A DNA stretch of 64,000 nt from an uncultured bacterium. Its GTDB lineage: Bacteria; Patescibacteriota; Minisyncoccia; UBA6257; 2-01-FULL-56-20. The DNA is taken from positions 630,028 through 694,027 of the forward strand of contig OY970175.1 of NCBI GenBank assembly GCA_963707865.1. The letters are read 5' to 3'. Below, one piece after another: positions 25,477-34,373 of this stretch. A model generated the notes under the pieces. The model was given only the letters and a program-made list of their open reading frames with translations. It did no database searches and was not told the DNA's origin. A program made the position numbers and the translations under genes. Position 1 is the stretch's first letter; each line of letters starts with the position of its first letter.

Positions 25477-26691
25477 CTAATGAGCAAACTTAAAGGTAGA
25501 AACAAGTTGGTCAAATAAACTTATATCTTCGCTCTTTTCGCTGTTAACATAAATATTGTAGATTTTGCCATCTTTTAGTAAAACCACCTCCGTGCCGCTT
25601 ATCGAAGAACCTTTATAGTGGGTTCGCACTGCCGGAATGCCATCAACCGCAATATTGATCTTGCTATCGTATTGCGCAGCCACACCTCCAAGGAACGAAC
25701 TTATTGACGCCTGGTTCGGGAAAACTTCCACGCCACCGAGTCCGGAAGCGCTATCCGCGCTTGGACCAAATAAAGAATTGCTATTGTTATATTGGTTAAT
25801 CGCGACTTTCCAAGCTGCCGGATAATCAAAACTGTAGCTGCCATTAGGGTTGGTGAATTGAGCTCCGTTCTGTGTCGCTACTACGCAATTCGAAAAAGTG
25901 GTCGTGCCGTTTTCTGTTATGAATGCGGTATCGCCCTTATTCCAAAAGACGAACGATTCATCTGCTTTTGCGTAGCGCGCACCCGAAGCCGAAATGGCGT
26001 GGGGCACGGACAATTTCCTTCCGTCGCTCAAAACAAGGTCGACATATTTATCGTCGGTTGGATAAAAAGTGGCGGAAATGGTCTTTGAATCATCGCAGGT
26101 AAACACGGCCGGTTTCGGCGTTGCGGCAGTGCAGTATTCTTCCCACGGCCTCACGCACGCCTGTTTCGCGCCGCACCAGGAATATCCAGCTGCCACAAGG
26201 CATCCATGTGCATCCTTTTGTCCACCAATGAGTTGCTCGTGGGTGATCGTGAACGGTGCACTTTCGGCAGTTATCGGATTGGTTACCGGCACGGAAACGT
26301 AACTAGTCACTCCAAGGATATAAGTGCCGGTCGGATACATATCCGAGATCGTCCAGTCCACACTCCCGGTATTTTCAAGATTCACAAAGACGATGGGGTC
26401 GAACTCTTGTCCTTCGGTGGGCAGGGGCGGCGGAGGGATTCTGCGCAGGGTGATGGAAATTTTATTTCCCGGGGAGATGTTTTCCGTAGTCCACGTAATG
26501 GTGTGCGTGGAGCTGGTTGTCCAAGTGTCCGTGCCGGTCGGAGAGATAATCGTGATCGATGATGCAGGCTGGGTCTGCCGATACCGCCCCCAGGCATATA
26601 ATCCGCCGCCAATGATGATCATTGCTCCTACGACTACAAGAATGATGACGAGAGGGGCAAAACCATCACGAGATTTTACATTGCGGAGCAC
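25477..26691 (-). CDS. Exported multidomain protein with MliC lysozyme-inhibitor domain
   Basis: Pilin-like GFAPLVII leader, Ig-like domain, GGQKDAHGC..AGYSWC motif, MliC signature ISASGARYA...FWNKG, PsbP-like C-terminus. Confidence 0.8.
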   Translation of the reverse strand: MLRNVKSRDGFAPLVIILVVVGAMIIIGGGLYAWGRYRQTQPASSITIISPTGTDTWTTSSTHTITWTTENISPGNKISITLRRIPPPPLPTEGQEFDPIVFVNLENTGSVDWTISDMYPTGTYILGVTSYVSVPVTNPITAESAPFTITHEQLIGGQKDAHGCLVAAGYSWCGAKQACVRPWEEYCTAATPKPAVFTCDDSKTISATFYPTDDKYVDLVLSDGRKLSVPHAISASGARYAKADESFVFWNKGDTAFITENGTTTFSNCVVATQNGAQFTNPNGSYSFDYPAAWKVAINQYNNSNSLFGPSADSASGLGGVEVFPNQASISSFLGGVAAQYDSKINIAVDGIPAVRTHYKGSSISGTEVVLLKDGKIYNIYVNSEKSEDISLFDQLVSTFKFAH

Positions 26692-26923
26692 GTCAATATC
26701 TTATCACATTTTTTATTAGGCATCACGGTCGCGCTGGAACCTCGGCTTACGAGGTTGGTACGATAGTATATTATACCAAATGCCCTGTTGGTCTGCCGCT
26801 ACCCAGACCGAGACGCCTCGTATGGGTTTCTGAAACGACCCCAAAAGTGTTTGACGCAAATTGTCTCGACCGAGCTCACTCAAACCAGTTTCAAAATCCG
26901 CGCGATAGGGTTAAGATAACTTT

Positions 26924-28171
26924 ATGGAAGGGAAGAACGGTGGCGCAAAAAAGACCTCGTACCCTAAAAACAAGATCAAGGTTCTGCTTTTGGAGAACAT
27001 CCACGCGGACGCGGCAAAGACGTTCGCCGCCGAGGGATATCCGATAAAAACAGTGGACAAGGCTCTGGACGAGGCGGAACTCGCAAGAGAACTGGCCGAT
27101 GTTTTAATTCTCGGCATTCGCTCAAAGACCAAGATTACCGGCCGCGTTTTGGCCGCAGCCCCGCGACTCCTTGCCATAGGAGCGTTCTGTATCGGGACGA
27201 ACCAGATCAATCTTGCCGAATGTGACAAGAAGGGCATCGCCGTTTTCAATGCGCCGTATTCCAACAGCCGCAGCGTCGTGGAGCTCGCGCTCGGCGAAAT
27301 ACTGATGCTTTTAAGAAGGGTTTTCAACAAGAGCGAGAAGCTCCATGCGGGGGTTTGGGATAAAAGTGCAGCCGGCAGTTTTGAGGCGCGCGGCAAGCGC
27401 TTAGGCATCTTGGGATACGGCAATATTGGTTCGCAACTTTCCGTCTTGGCCGAAGCGCTCGGCATGGAAGTGTATTTCTACGATATTGAGGAAAAGCTTG
27501 CCCTTGGAAACGCGAAACGGTGCAAAACGCTCGCGGAACTCCTCCGAAAATCCGACGTCGTTTCGTTACATGTTGACGGCCGTGCCGAAAATAAAAATTT
27601 GATCGGGGAAAAAGAGCTTGCACACATGCGGCCTGGTTCGTATTTCGTGAATATCAGCCGTGGCAACGTTGTAAACCTTGATGCACTCGCGAGGCACCTG
27701 AAAGCGGGCCACATAGCCGGTGCCGCCGTGGACGTGTTCCCTGAAGAACCTAAGAGCAACACCGAATCTTTGGTAAGTCCCCTGCAGGGCCTCCCGAACG
27801 TAATCCTCACCCCGCATATCGGAGGCAGCACTGAAGAGGCGCAGAAGAACATCGCCGGTTACGTTGCGGGCCGTATCATTGACTTCGTAAACACCGGTGA
27901 TACCAGCATGTCCGTCAACCTCCCCAATGTTCGGCTGCCGCTTTTGAAGAAAGTCCACCGTATCATCCATATCCATGAAAACATCCCCGGAATGCTCGCG
28001 CGCATCAATGAAATCTTCGCCGCGCACAAGATTAATATCGCCGGGCAATATTTAAAAACCACCGAAATGATCGGCTACACGATCACAGACATTGACAGCA
28101 ACCATGGGAATGAGGTTATCGCCGCGCTCAAGGCCGTGCCACACACCATCAAGGCGAGAATTTTATATTGA
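26924..28171 (+). CDS. serA: D-3-phosphoglycerate dehydrogenase
   Basis: GIRSKT, FCIGTNQ, NAPYSNSRSVVE, GYGNIG, TPHIGGSTEEAQ, ACT domain. Confidence 0.96.
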   Translation: MEGKNGGAKKTSYPKNKIKVLLLENIHADAAKTFAAEGYPIKTVDKALDEAELARELADVLILGIRSKTKITGRVLAAAPRLLAIGAFCIGTNQINLAECDKKGIAVFNAPYSNSRSVVELALGEILMLLRRVFNKSEKLHAGVWDKSAAGSFEARGKRLGILGYGNIGSQLSVLAEALGMEVYFYDIEEKLALGNAKRCKTLAELLRKSDVVSLHVDGRAENKNLIGEKELAHMRPGSYFVNISRGNVVNLDALARHLKAGHIAGAAVDVFPEEPKSNTESLVSPLQGLPNVILTPHIGGSTEEAQKNIAGYVAGRIIDFVNTGDTSMSVNLPNVRLPLLKKVHRIIHIHENIPGMLARINEIFAAHKINIAGQYLKTTEMIGYTITDIDSNHGNEVIAALKAVPHTIKARILY

Positions 28172-28202
28172 ACGCTGACCACCACTCCCCGCGACCATAA
28201 TC

Positions 28203-29321
28203 ATGAACCCCGCCCAAAAGCCCGTTTATTTCACTGTCGGCCCAAGCGAACTGCATCCGAAGTTTGAGGTCTTCATCGGCAGGGCGAATCAAGAAGCAAT
28301 TGGCTCCATTTCACATCGCAGTGAACGATTTTGCAAACTCCACGCCGATCTCACGCAAAATCTGAAAAAACTTTTTGTAGTGCCCGAGGATTACGCGGTA
28401 TTCTACGCCGGCTCGGCGACGGAGTTCATGGAGCGCGCCGTGCAAAATTGCGCCCAAAAGAATACGCTGCATTTCGTGAACGGAGTATTCTCAAAAAAGT
28501 TCTTTGAGATCGGGCAGGCGAACGGCAAGGCGGCGGTCGCCGTCGCGCCGAACGACGACCAGTCTTTTTCTCTTGACCGCGTGCCTTCGGGCGCACAGCC
28601 GGAACTGATCTGTCTCACGCACAACGAAACGAGCAACGGCACGACGCTCCCCCGCGACCTTTGGGAAGGAGTGCGGAGCATGTTTCCCGAGTCGCTCCTT
28701 GCCATTGATATCGTCTCCTCCGCGCCGACAAGTGAAATTGACTGCGCCAAATTTGACTGCATTTTCTTTTCCGTGCAAAAAGGCTTCGGATTGCCTGCGG
28801 GCCTCGCCGCGATGTTCGTGAGTCCGAGAGCGATCCGGAAGGCGGAGCAGATTGAAGGGCAACGCACCAGCTCGGGCGGCGGACAGTACACCGGCTCGTT
28901 CCATTCGTTTGTAAATCTCTTGAAACACGCGGAAAAGCATCAAACGCCCGAGACGCCCAATGTCCTCGGTATGTATCTTTTAAATGAGACATGCCTTGAT
29001 TTTCTCGCGCGCGGCACCGCAACGCTGCGGGCCGAAACCAAAGAAAAAGCCGCGTTGATCTACGCCGCGCTTGAGGAACATCCCGCCCTCACGCCGCTCA
29101 TAAGCAATAAACAAATCCAGTCGCAAACGGTCGCGGTTGCCGAGGCAAAGCACGGCTCAAGAGAGATCATAGATGCGCTCGCACAAAAAGGATTCGTGAT
29201 CGCTACCGGCTACGGCGCCCAAAAAGAATCCCAAATAAGAATCGGAAATTTCCCGAGCCATACCAAAGAGCAAGTGGCAAAGCTCTGCGAGGCATTTCGC
29301 GACTTCCACTCTCAATCATAA
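28203..29321 (+). CDS. serC: Class V PLP aminotransferase, probable phosphoserine aminotransferase
   Basis: FTVGPS, SHRS, HNETSNG, SVQKGFGLPAGL, QTPETP; adjacent to serA. Confidence 0.8.
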   Translation: MNPAQKPVYFTVGPSELHPKFEVFIGRANQEAIGSISHRSERFCKLHADLTQNLKKLFVVPEDYAVFYAGSATEFMERAVQNCAQKNTLHFVNGVFSKKFFEIGQANGKAAVAVAPNDDQSFSLDRVPSGAQPELICLTHNETSNGTTLPRDLWEGVRSMFPESLLAIDIVSSAPTSEIDCAKFDCIFFSVQKGFGLPAGLAAMFVSPRAIRKAEQIEGQRTSSGGGQYTGSFHSFVNLLKHAEKHQTPETPNVLGMYLLNETCLDFLARGTATLRAETKEKAALIYAALEEHPALTPLISNKQIQSQTVAVAEAKHGSREIIDALAQKGFVIATGYGAQKESQIRIGNFPSHTKEQVAKLCEAFRDFHSQS

Positions 29322-29337
29322 GGAACATACTGAAAAA

Positions 29338-30321
29338 ATGCGCATCACTAAGAAAACCGGACCCTATCTTGTGTTCTTTGCCGCAGTGCTCTGGGCAACG
29401 GACGCACCGTTCCGCCTTTATCTCACGAAAGGGTTAAGCAGCAACTTTATCGTTCTTGCGGAACACTCGGTGGATCTGCTTTGCCTTCTCCCGATTTTAA
29501 TCGCGGGCTTCGCGGGCATTAAGAAACTTTCATGGAAGGGGTGGCTCGCGGCGCTCGCGATCGGCATAGGCGGGAGCGCACTCGCGTCGGTTGCCTATAC
29601 GCAGGCCTTCCACTATCTGAATCCCTCGGTCGCGATCCTGCTCCAAAAATTGCAACCGCTGATCGCGATCTCGCTCGCAGCCGCGCTTCTCAAAGAGCAG
29701 CTTGGCAAAAAGTTTTGGCTTTGGACGGTTATTGCGATCTTCGGCGCTTATCTTATTTCGTTCCCCGATTTAAATCCTCAAATCTCCTTCGGCGGGGGGC
29801 TAAACCCCAATCTGCTCGGCGTGGGGCTCGCACTTTTCGCCGCGCTTTTGTGGGGCACCTCAACGGTGCTTGGGAAATATGTCCTTCGCGAAATTGATTT
29901 TAGACTCATGACCGGCCTACGCTTCGCGCTCGGGTTTTTATTCCTGTTGCTTTTAAACTTCTGGCAGCAAACGTTTCCCGCTCCCGGCCAGTTCTCCCCG
30001 CGGGACGCGCTTTATATCCTTATCATCGCCGTCGCCTCCGGCGTTGTTTCGCTCTTGATCTACTACAAAGGCCTTGAGCATACGAAGGCATCTGTGGCGA
30101 CGATCGCCGAGCTTGGGTTCCCTATGGCGGCCGTGGTCGTGAACTGGATCTTCTTAAGCGCCTCGCTTGTACCGATGCAAATCGCGGGCATCGCAGTCCT
30201 TCTCTATGCCGTCTTCAAACTCACGGGCGGCAACGCGAAAACGGATATAGATGGGGCCGCGGGCAACACCGATGCCGAGCTAATCCCCATCGCCGCGGGC
30301 AGCGTGGAGGTCACGAGCTAG
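29338..30321 (+). CDS. EamA/DMT family transporter
   Basis: About 10 TM helices, duplicated EamA pattern. Confidence 0.9.
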   Translation: MRITKKTGPYLVFFAAVLWATDAPFRLYLTKGLSSNFIVLAEHSVDLLCLLPILIAGFAGIKKLSWKGWLAALAIGIGGSALASVAYTQAFHYLNPSVAILLQKLQPLIAISLAAALLKEQLGKKFWLWTVIAIFGAYLISFPDLNPQISFGGGLNPNLLGVGLALFAALLWGTSTVLGKYVLREIDFRLMTGLRFALGFLFLLLLNFWQQTFPAPGQFSPRDALYILIIAVASGVVSLLIYYKGLEHTKASVATIAELGFPMAAVVVNWIFLSASLVPMQIAGIAVLLYAVFKLTGGNAKTDIDGAAGNTDAELIPIAAGSVEVTS

Positions 30322-30678
30322 GAACCACCACCGCTTGATCTTTTTGACATCGCGAGCAATAGCTGCGATGAGACCTTTTTTGCTTTCGAATTTTTTCACC
30401 TCCCGCATTTTTTCATACGCAACGACGATGAGCTGCTCACCGTACAAGGCACCGGAAAAATCAATGAGGTGCGCCTCAACCACATTTCGTCCATCCTCTT
30501 TGTAAATCGCCGCGGGATACGCGATTCCCTTCCGCGTTGCCTCTCCCGCAAAAATGCCGCTCGGCACAGATTGTTTCACACGGAGATTTGCGGTTGGAAA
30601 TCCGAGTTCGCTCCCTTTCCTGCCTCCCCGCTGCACGATACCCTTCACTCTGAAAAGAAAGTTACGGCTTGAGCACAT
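30280..30678 (-). CDS. Stand-alone riboflavin kinase
   Basis: G.VQRG.R.G..LGFPTAN, EAHL.DF.G.LYG, R...KF.S...L...I..D. Confidence 0.85.
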   Translation of the reverse strand: MCSSRNFLFRVKGIVQRGGRKGSELGFPTANLRVKQSVPSGIFAGEATRKGIAYPAAIYKEDGRNVVEAHLIDFSGALYGEQLIVVAYEKMREVKKFESKKGLIAAIARDVKKIKRWWFLARDLHAARGDGD

Positions 30679-31087
30679 AGGTATTCGTCTCTTTCTCCTT
30701 GAAGCCGAGTTTCAGATAAAGCTTGTGGGCCGCAATCCGCTCCGCGCGGCTTGAAAGTTCTATTATGCGCGCCTTCCTTTTCTTCGCAATGGCGATGAGG
30801 TGCCGCACCAAGCGCCTCCCTAAACCCCTGCGGCGGTATGCCGCATCCACGATCACATCTTCTATCCGCGCGCGGATCCCAAGGACAGTCGGCATAAGAA
30901 CAAGCGTCCCCGTCCCAACGACTTTCCCGCCATCTTTCAAAACAATAAGGTGAACATTCCTATCGCGCGTGATCGCACGGAGCGCGGTGTACGACAAAGT
31001 TTTCCGTGAGGAAGAAAGCTGATGGACAAGGCGGCCTATCATGCGGGCTGCACTGCGCGACGGCCGGATAAGCCGTGAGAGTGTCAT
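30662..31087 (-). CDS. GNAT acetyltransferase
   Basis: IEDVIVDAAYRRRGLG, AAHKLY.KLGF. Confidence 0.9.
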   Translation of the reverse strand: MTLSRLIRPSRSAARMIGRLVHQLSSSRKTLSYTALRAITRDRNVHLIVLKDGGKVVGTGTLVLMPTVLGIRARIEDVIVDAAYRRRGLGRRLVRHLIAIAKKRKARIIELSSRAERIAAHKLYLKLGFKEKETNTYVLKP

Positions 31088-31160
31088 ACTTCAATTTTAC
31101 CACAACACCGCTCGCGTTTTTGAATTCGCACGCGAAGCGCGGAGGGGGTATAATGGAACC

Positions 31161-31607
31161 ATGAAAATCACGGTTGTTCTTTTTATCCTCATCTCGGCGG
31201 GACTGATTTTCTCCAGCTACTTGAGCGCCGTGAAACTTTTCTCCGGTGCCTGTGCATTCAATGAAACGTGCCCGTACTTTCTTGGCTATCCCGCCTGTTG
31301 GTACGGATTCTCCATGTATCTGTTTATGTTCATTGTGACGGGCATAGGACTCACGCGGAAGTTGCCCCTCGTCGCACTATGTAAGGCGGATGCGACAGTA
31401 TCGCTCCTCGGTATCATATTCGCGGGCAGCTTTGTCGTCCAGGAAATCGCGGCGGCACAGGTTACTGGAACGCGCGGGTTCTCCACCTGTGCGTATGGCC
31501 TTATTTTTTACATTGCCATTTTTGCAACCGCACTCGTCGGCCTTCGAAAATCCCGCACAGCCATGTCCCCCGCCACAGAACGCCCCGTCACAGAACACCA
31601 TGTATGA
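31161..31607 (+). CDS. Four-TM membrane protein, VKOR/DsbB-like
   Basis: Hydrophobic helices with CAFNETC..FLGYPAC.YG; start placed at ATG 31161. Confidence 0.55.
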   Translation: MKITVVLFILISAGLIFSSYLSAVKLFSGACAFNETCPYFLGYPACWYGFSMYLFMFIVTGIGLTRKLPLVALCKADATVSLLGIIFAGSFVVQEIAAAQVTGTRGFSTCAYGLIFYIAIFATALVGLRKSRTAMSPATERPVTEHHV

Positions 31608-32694
31608 GCGCATCCTGAAGCCGATCCTTTTCCGTTTTGATCCGGAAAGGGTGCACGATTTTTTCGTATGGTTCGGTGAGACGCTCGGAAAATTTGCATT
31701 CACGCGCCGCATCGTAGGCGCTTTTTGCGAATACGATCACCCCGCGCTCCATACGCGGGTGCTCGGCATTGACTTCAAAAATCCCGTCGGGCTTGCGGCG
31801 GGTTTTGACAAAGACATGCGCCTTACGGAGATCATGCCGTCGGTCGGATTCGGTTTCATGGAAGTTGGCGCGGTGACGCACCATCCCTATGAGGGGAACA
31901 AAGGCCTCCGGCTCGCCCGCCTTCCGGCCGACCAGTCGCTCATTGTCTATTACGGCCTCAAGAACATCGGAGCGGAAGCCATTCAGAAAAAATTGCAGCG
32001 CCTGCATTTCGCGATACCCGTGGGCGTAAACATCGCAAAAACGAATCGCGCGGACATCGAAGGAGAAAAATCGGTTGAAGATTACGCGGCGACCTATCGG
32101 ATGCTCGGCAAATATTTCTCGTACATGACGCTCAACGTTTCCTGCCCAAACGCCCAGGACGGCTGCATGTTCCAAGATCCAAAATTACTGGACGAGCTGC
32201 TCGCGGCGATCGCAAAAGAGAAAAAACCGTGCCCGGTACTCCTCAAGATCTCCAATCACCTCACCGAAAAGGAAGTGGACGAAATCCTCGCGGTCGTAAA
32301 GAAATATTCTTTCGTGGACGGGTTCGTTGTCGGCAATCTTTCCAAGCGGCGCGACATCCTCGCGCTCAAGTCGCCGAGGGAACGGCTTAATCTCATCCCC
32401 GCGGGCGGCATTTCAGGAAAACCGATCCGCGAGCTTGCGACAGGGCTCATCCGCCATATCTATCGCGCGACTGGGGGGAAATACGTCATCATCGGACTCG
32501 GCGGAATTTTCACCGCGGAAGATGCCTATGAAAAGATCAAAGCTGGCGCCTCGCTCGTACAGATCATCACCGGACTCATCTATGGCGGACCGCAAGCGGT
32601 GAAAAAAATAAATAAAGGGCTTGTCGCCATCCTTGAACGGGATGGCTATACACACATAAACGAAGCGGTTGGGAAAGAAACCGGGCGGCCTTAA
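31600..32694 (+). CDS. pyrD: Dihydroorotate dehydrogenase (quinone, class 2)
   Basis: DPERVH, NPVGLAAGFDK, NVSCPN, GGISG, ASLVQ. Confidence 0.93.
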   Translation: MYERILKPILFRFDPERVHDFFVWFGETLGKFAFTRRIVGAFCEYDHPALHTRVLGIDFKNPVGLAAGFDKDMRLTEIMPSVGFGFMEVGAVTHHPYEGNKGLRLARLPADQSLIVYYGLKNIGAEAIQKKLQRLHFAIPVGVNIAKTNRADIEGEKSVEDYAATYRMLGKYFSYMTLNVSCPNAQDGCMFQDPKLLDELLAAIAKEKKPCPVLLKISNHLTEKEVDEILAVVKKYSFVDGFVVGNLSKRRDILALKSPRERLNLIPAGGISGKPIRELATGLIRHIYRATGGKYVIIGLGGIFTAEDAYEKIKAGASLVQIITGLIYGGPQAVKKINKGLVAILERDGYTHINEAVGKETGRP

Positions 32695-33248
32695 GTAACA
32701 GTCGCAGGCTCGCGCGCCTCGTATAACGCCTCCCTGCTTTTTCTAAGCAACCAGCGCACAAACCATGCCGAGGCAAAGCCAACGAGCGCACCCCCTAAAA
32801 TATCAAGCGGCCAATGGACACCGACGTAGATGCGCGCAATGCCCATGAGCGCGGAAAGCCCGAAGAACCACCATCCCCATTTCCGGTTCGCGTACCACGC
32901 GACGAGCGAGAGCGCGAAAAACCACGCCATGTGCCCCGAGGGAAAAGACCAACCGGATTCCGCGACGAGCGGCGCGAAGTTATAAAACGAGAATGGACGC
33001 TCGTGATGGTAAAAAAGACGGATGATCTCGGTGAGCAATCCGCGCGAGAGCATGACGGCAATCGCGCCCTCGGCAAACAGGTAGAGTTTTTTCCGTGAGC
33101 CGCTTTCGTACCACACAAGCACCAAAAAAGCCGCGACGAGGAGGTATGGCAGATACTCCGCAAGAAAGATGCCGAGATCGTCAAGGAAAAAATTTCGACC
33201 GGCGAACTGATGAACAAGTTGAAAAAACGCTTGATTGAATGCGGCCAT
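32691..33248 (-). CDS. PAP2 phosphatase (BcrC-like)
   Basis: RP, SFPSGH, ARIYVGVHWPLDI. Confidence 0.9.
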   Translation of the reverse strand: MAAFNQAFFQLVHQFAGRNFFLDDLGIFLAEYLPYLLVAAFLVLVWYESGSRKKLYLFAEGAIAVMLSRGLLTEIIRLFYHHERPFSFYNFAPLVAESGWSFPSGHMAWFFALSLVAWYANRKWGWWFFGLSALMGIARIYVGVHWPLDILGGALVGFASAWFVRWLLRKSREALYEAREPATVT

Positions 33249-33280
33249 ATCACTTAATTAAAGCACATCCGCCGAGCGGG

Positions 33281-33484
33281 CTATTTAGTAACGTAGGCCA
33301 AAAGGCCCATATACCGTGCGCGCTTGATCGCCTGCGCAAGCTTTCGCTGGTGCTTTGCGCAAACGCCCGTGTGGCGCGGATCAATGATTTTCGCCTGACT
33401 TGAAACAAAACGCCGCAGGAGATCTATCTCCTTATAATCAACGTTCTTCAAGTTCTGCGAACAGAAAAAACATTGTTGGGGCAT
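33281..33484 (-). CDS. rpsR: 30S ribosomal protein S18
   Basis: CFFC..VDYK...TGVCAKHQRKLAQAIKRAR. Confidence 0.97.
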   Translation of the reverse strand: MPQQCFFCSQNLKNVDYKEIDLLRRFVSSQAKIIDPRHTGVCAKHQRKLAQAIKRARYMGLLAYVTK

Positions 33485-33516
33485 CGTATTTTTAGAAATT
33501 AGTAATTAGAAATTTT

Positions 33517-34089
33517 TTACACCTTCTTCACCTGCAATGAATCCAGTTCCACTGCGGTATCGCGTCCAAAGATCGGCACGAGCACCTTTACGCTTCCCTT
33601 TTCTTCATTCACCTCCGCAATCTTGCCGTCGTAGTCCTTGAACGGCCCGTCGGTTATTTTTACCAAATCGCCCACCTTGAGGTCAAGAACCATCTTGCTT
33701 TCAGTCGCACCCGTGCGCGCGAGTAATTGGTCCACCTCTTCCTTGGAAAGCGGCGTTGGCGTTGTGTTGTCAGGACCGACGAATCCTGTCACGCGCGGCG
33801 TATTCCGCACCACATACCACGAATCCTCGGAGAGGATCATCTCCACAAGCACATAGCCCGGGTAGATCTTCTCCTCTATGGTCTGACGCTTGCCGCCCTT
33901 CACTTTGACTATCTTTTCCTTCGGAACCAAAATGTTGAATATTTTGTCGCCCATCTCCAATGACTCCACGCGCTGTTTCAAATAACGCGTAACCGCTTCC
34001 TCATAGCCGGAATAGGTCTGTACCGCATACCATTGCCGCAATTTCGTCTTCTCGCTGTGCATACCGGGACGCGAAGGATATAACGCCAT
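33517..34089 (-). CDS. nusG: Transcription factor NusG
   Basis: WYAVQTYSGYE, YPGYVLVEM, VRNTPRVTGF, KOW DGPF. Confidence 0.97.
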   Translation of the reverse strand: MALYPSRPGMHSEKTKLRQWYAVQTYSGYEEAVTRYLKQRVESLEMGDKIFNILVPKEKIVKVKGGKRQTIEEKIYPGYVLVEMILSEDSWYVVRNTPRVTGFVGPDNTTPTPLSKEEVDQLLARTGATESKMVLDLKVGDLVKITDGPFKDYDGKIAEVNEEKGSVKVLVPIFGRDTAVELDSLQVKKV

Positions 34090-34090
34090 G

Positions 34091-34288
34091 TTAGTGAGTA
34101 ATCAATATTTTTATGACGTTGGTAAAAAGATAATCACACAAGCCGAGGAACGCAGCGATTCCGAGAGAAATGCCGATCACGATCGTCGTGAGCCGCACTG
34201 CTTCCTCGCGTGTCGGCCAGTTCACATGCCGCAGCTCCTGCCGCGACTCCGTAAAAAAATGTTTGATGCGTGCAAACATAGTAATCAC
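34091..34288 (-). CDS. secE: Preprotein translocase SecE
   Basis: ELRHVNWPTR followed by TM helix; upstream of nusG. Confidence 0.93.
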   Translation of the reverse strand: MITMFARIKHFFTESRQELRHVNWPTREEAVRLTTIVIGISLGIAAFLGLCDYLFTNVIKILITH

Positions 34289-34373
34289 TATACCTCCCTA
34301 AATAAAATACCGCTATATCTGCGGCATTCGGGGGCATTGAGAGGAGTATAGCACCATACCCGCTGCCCGTCAA

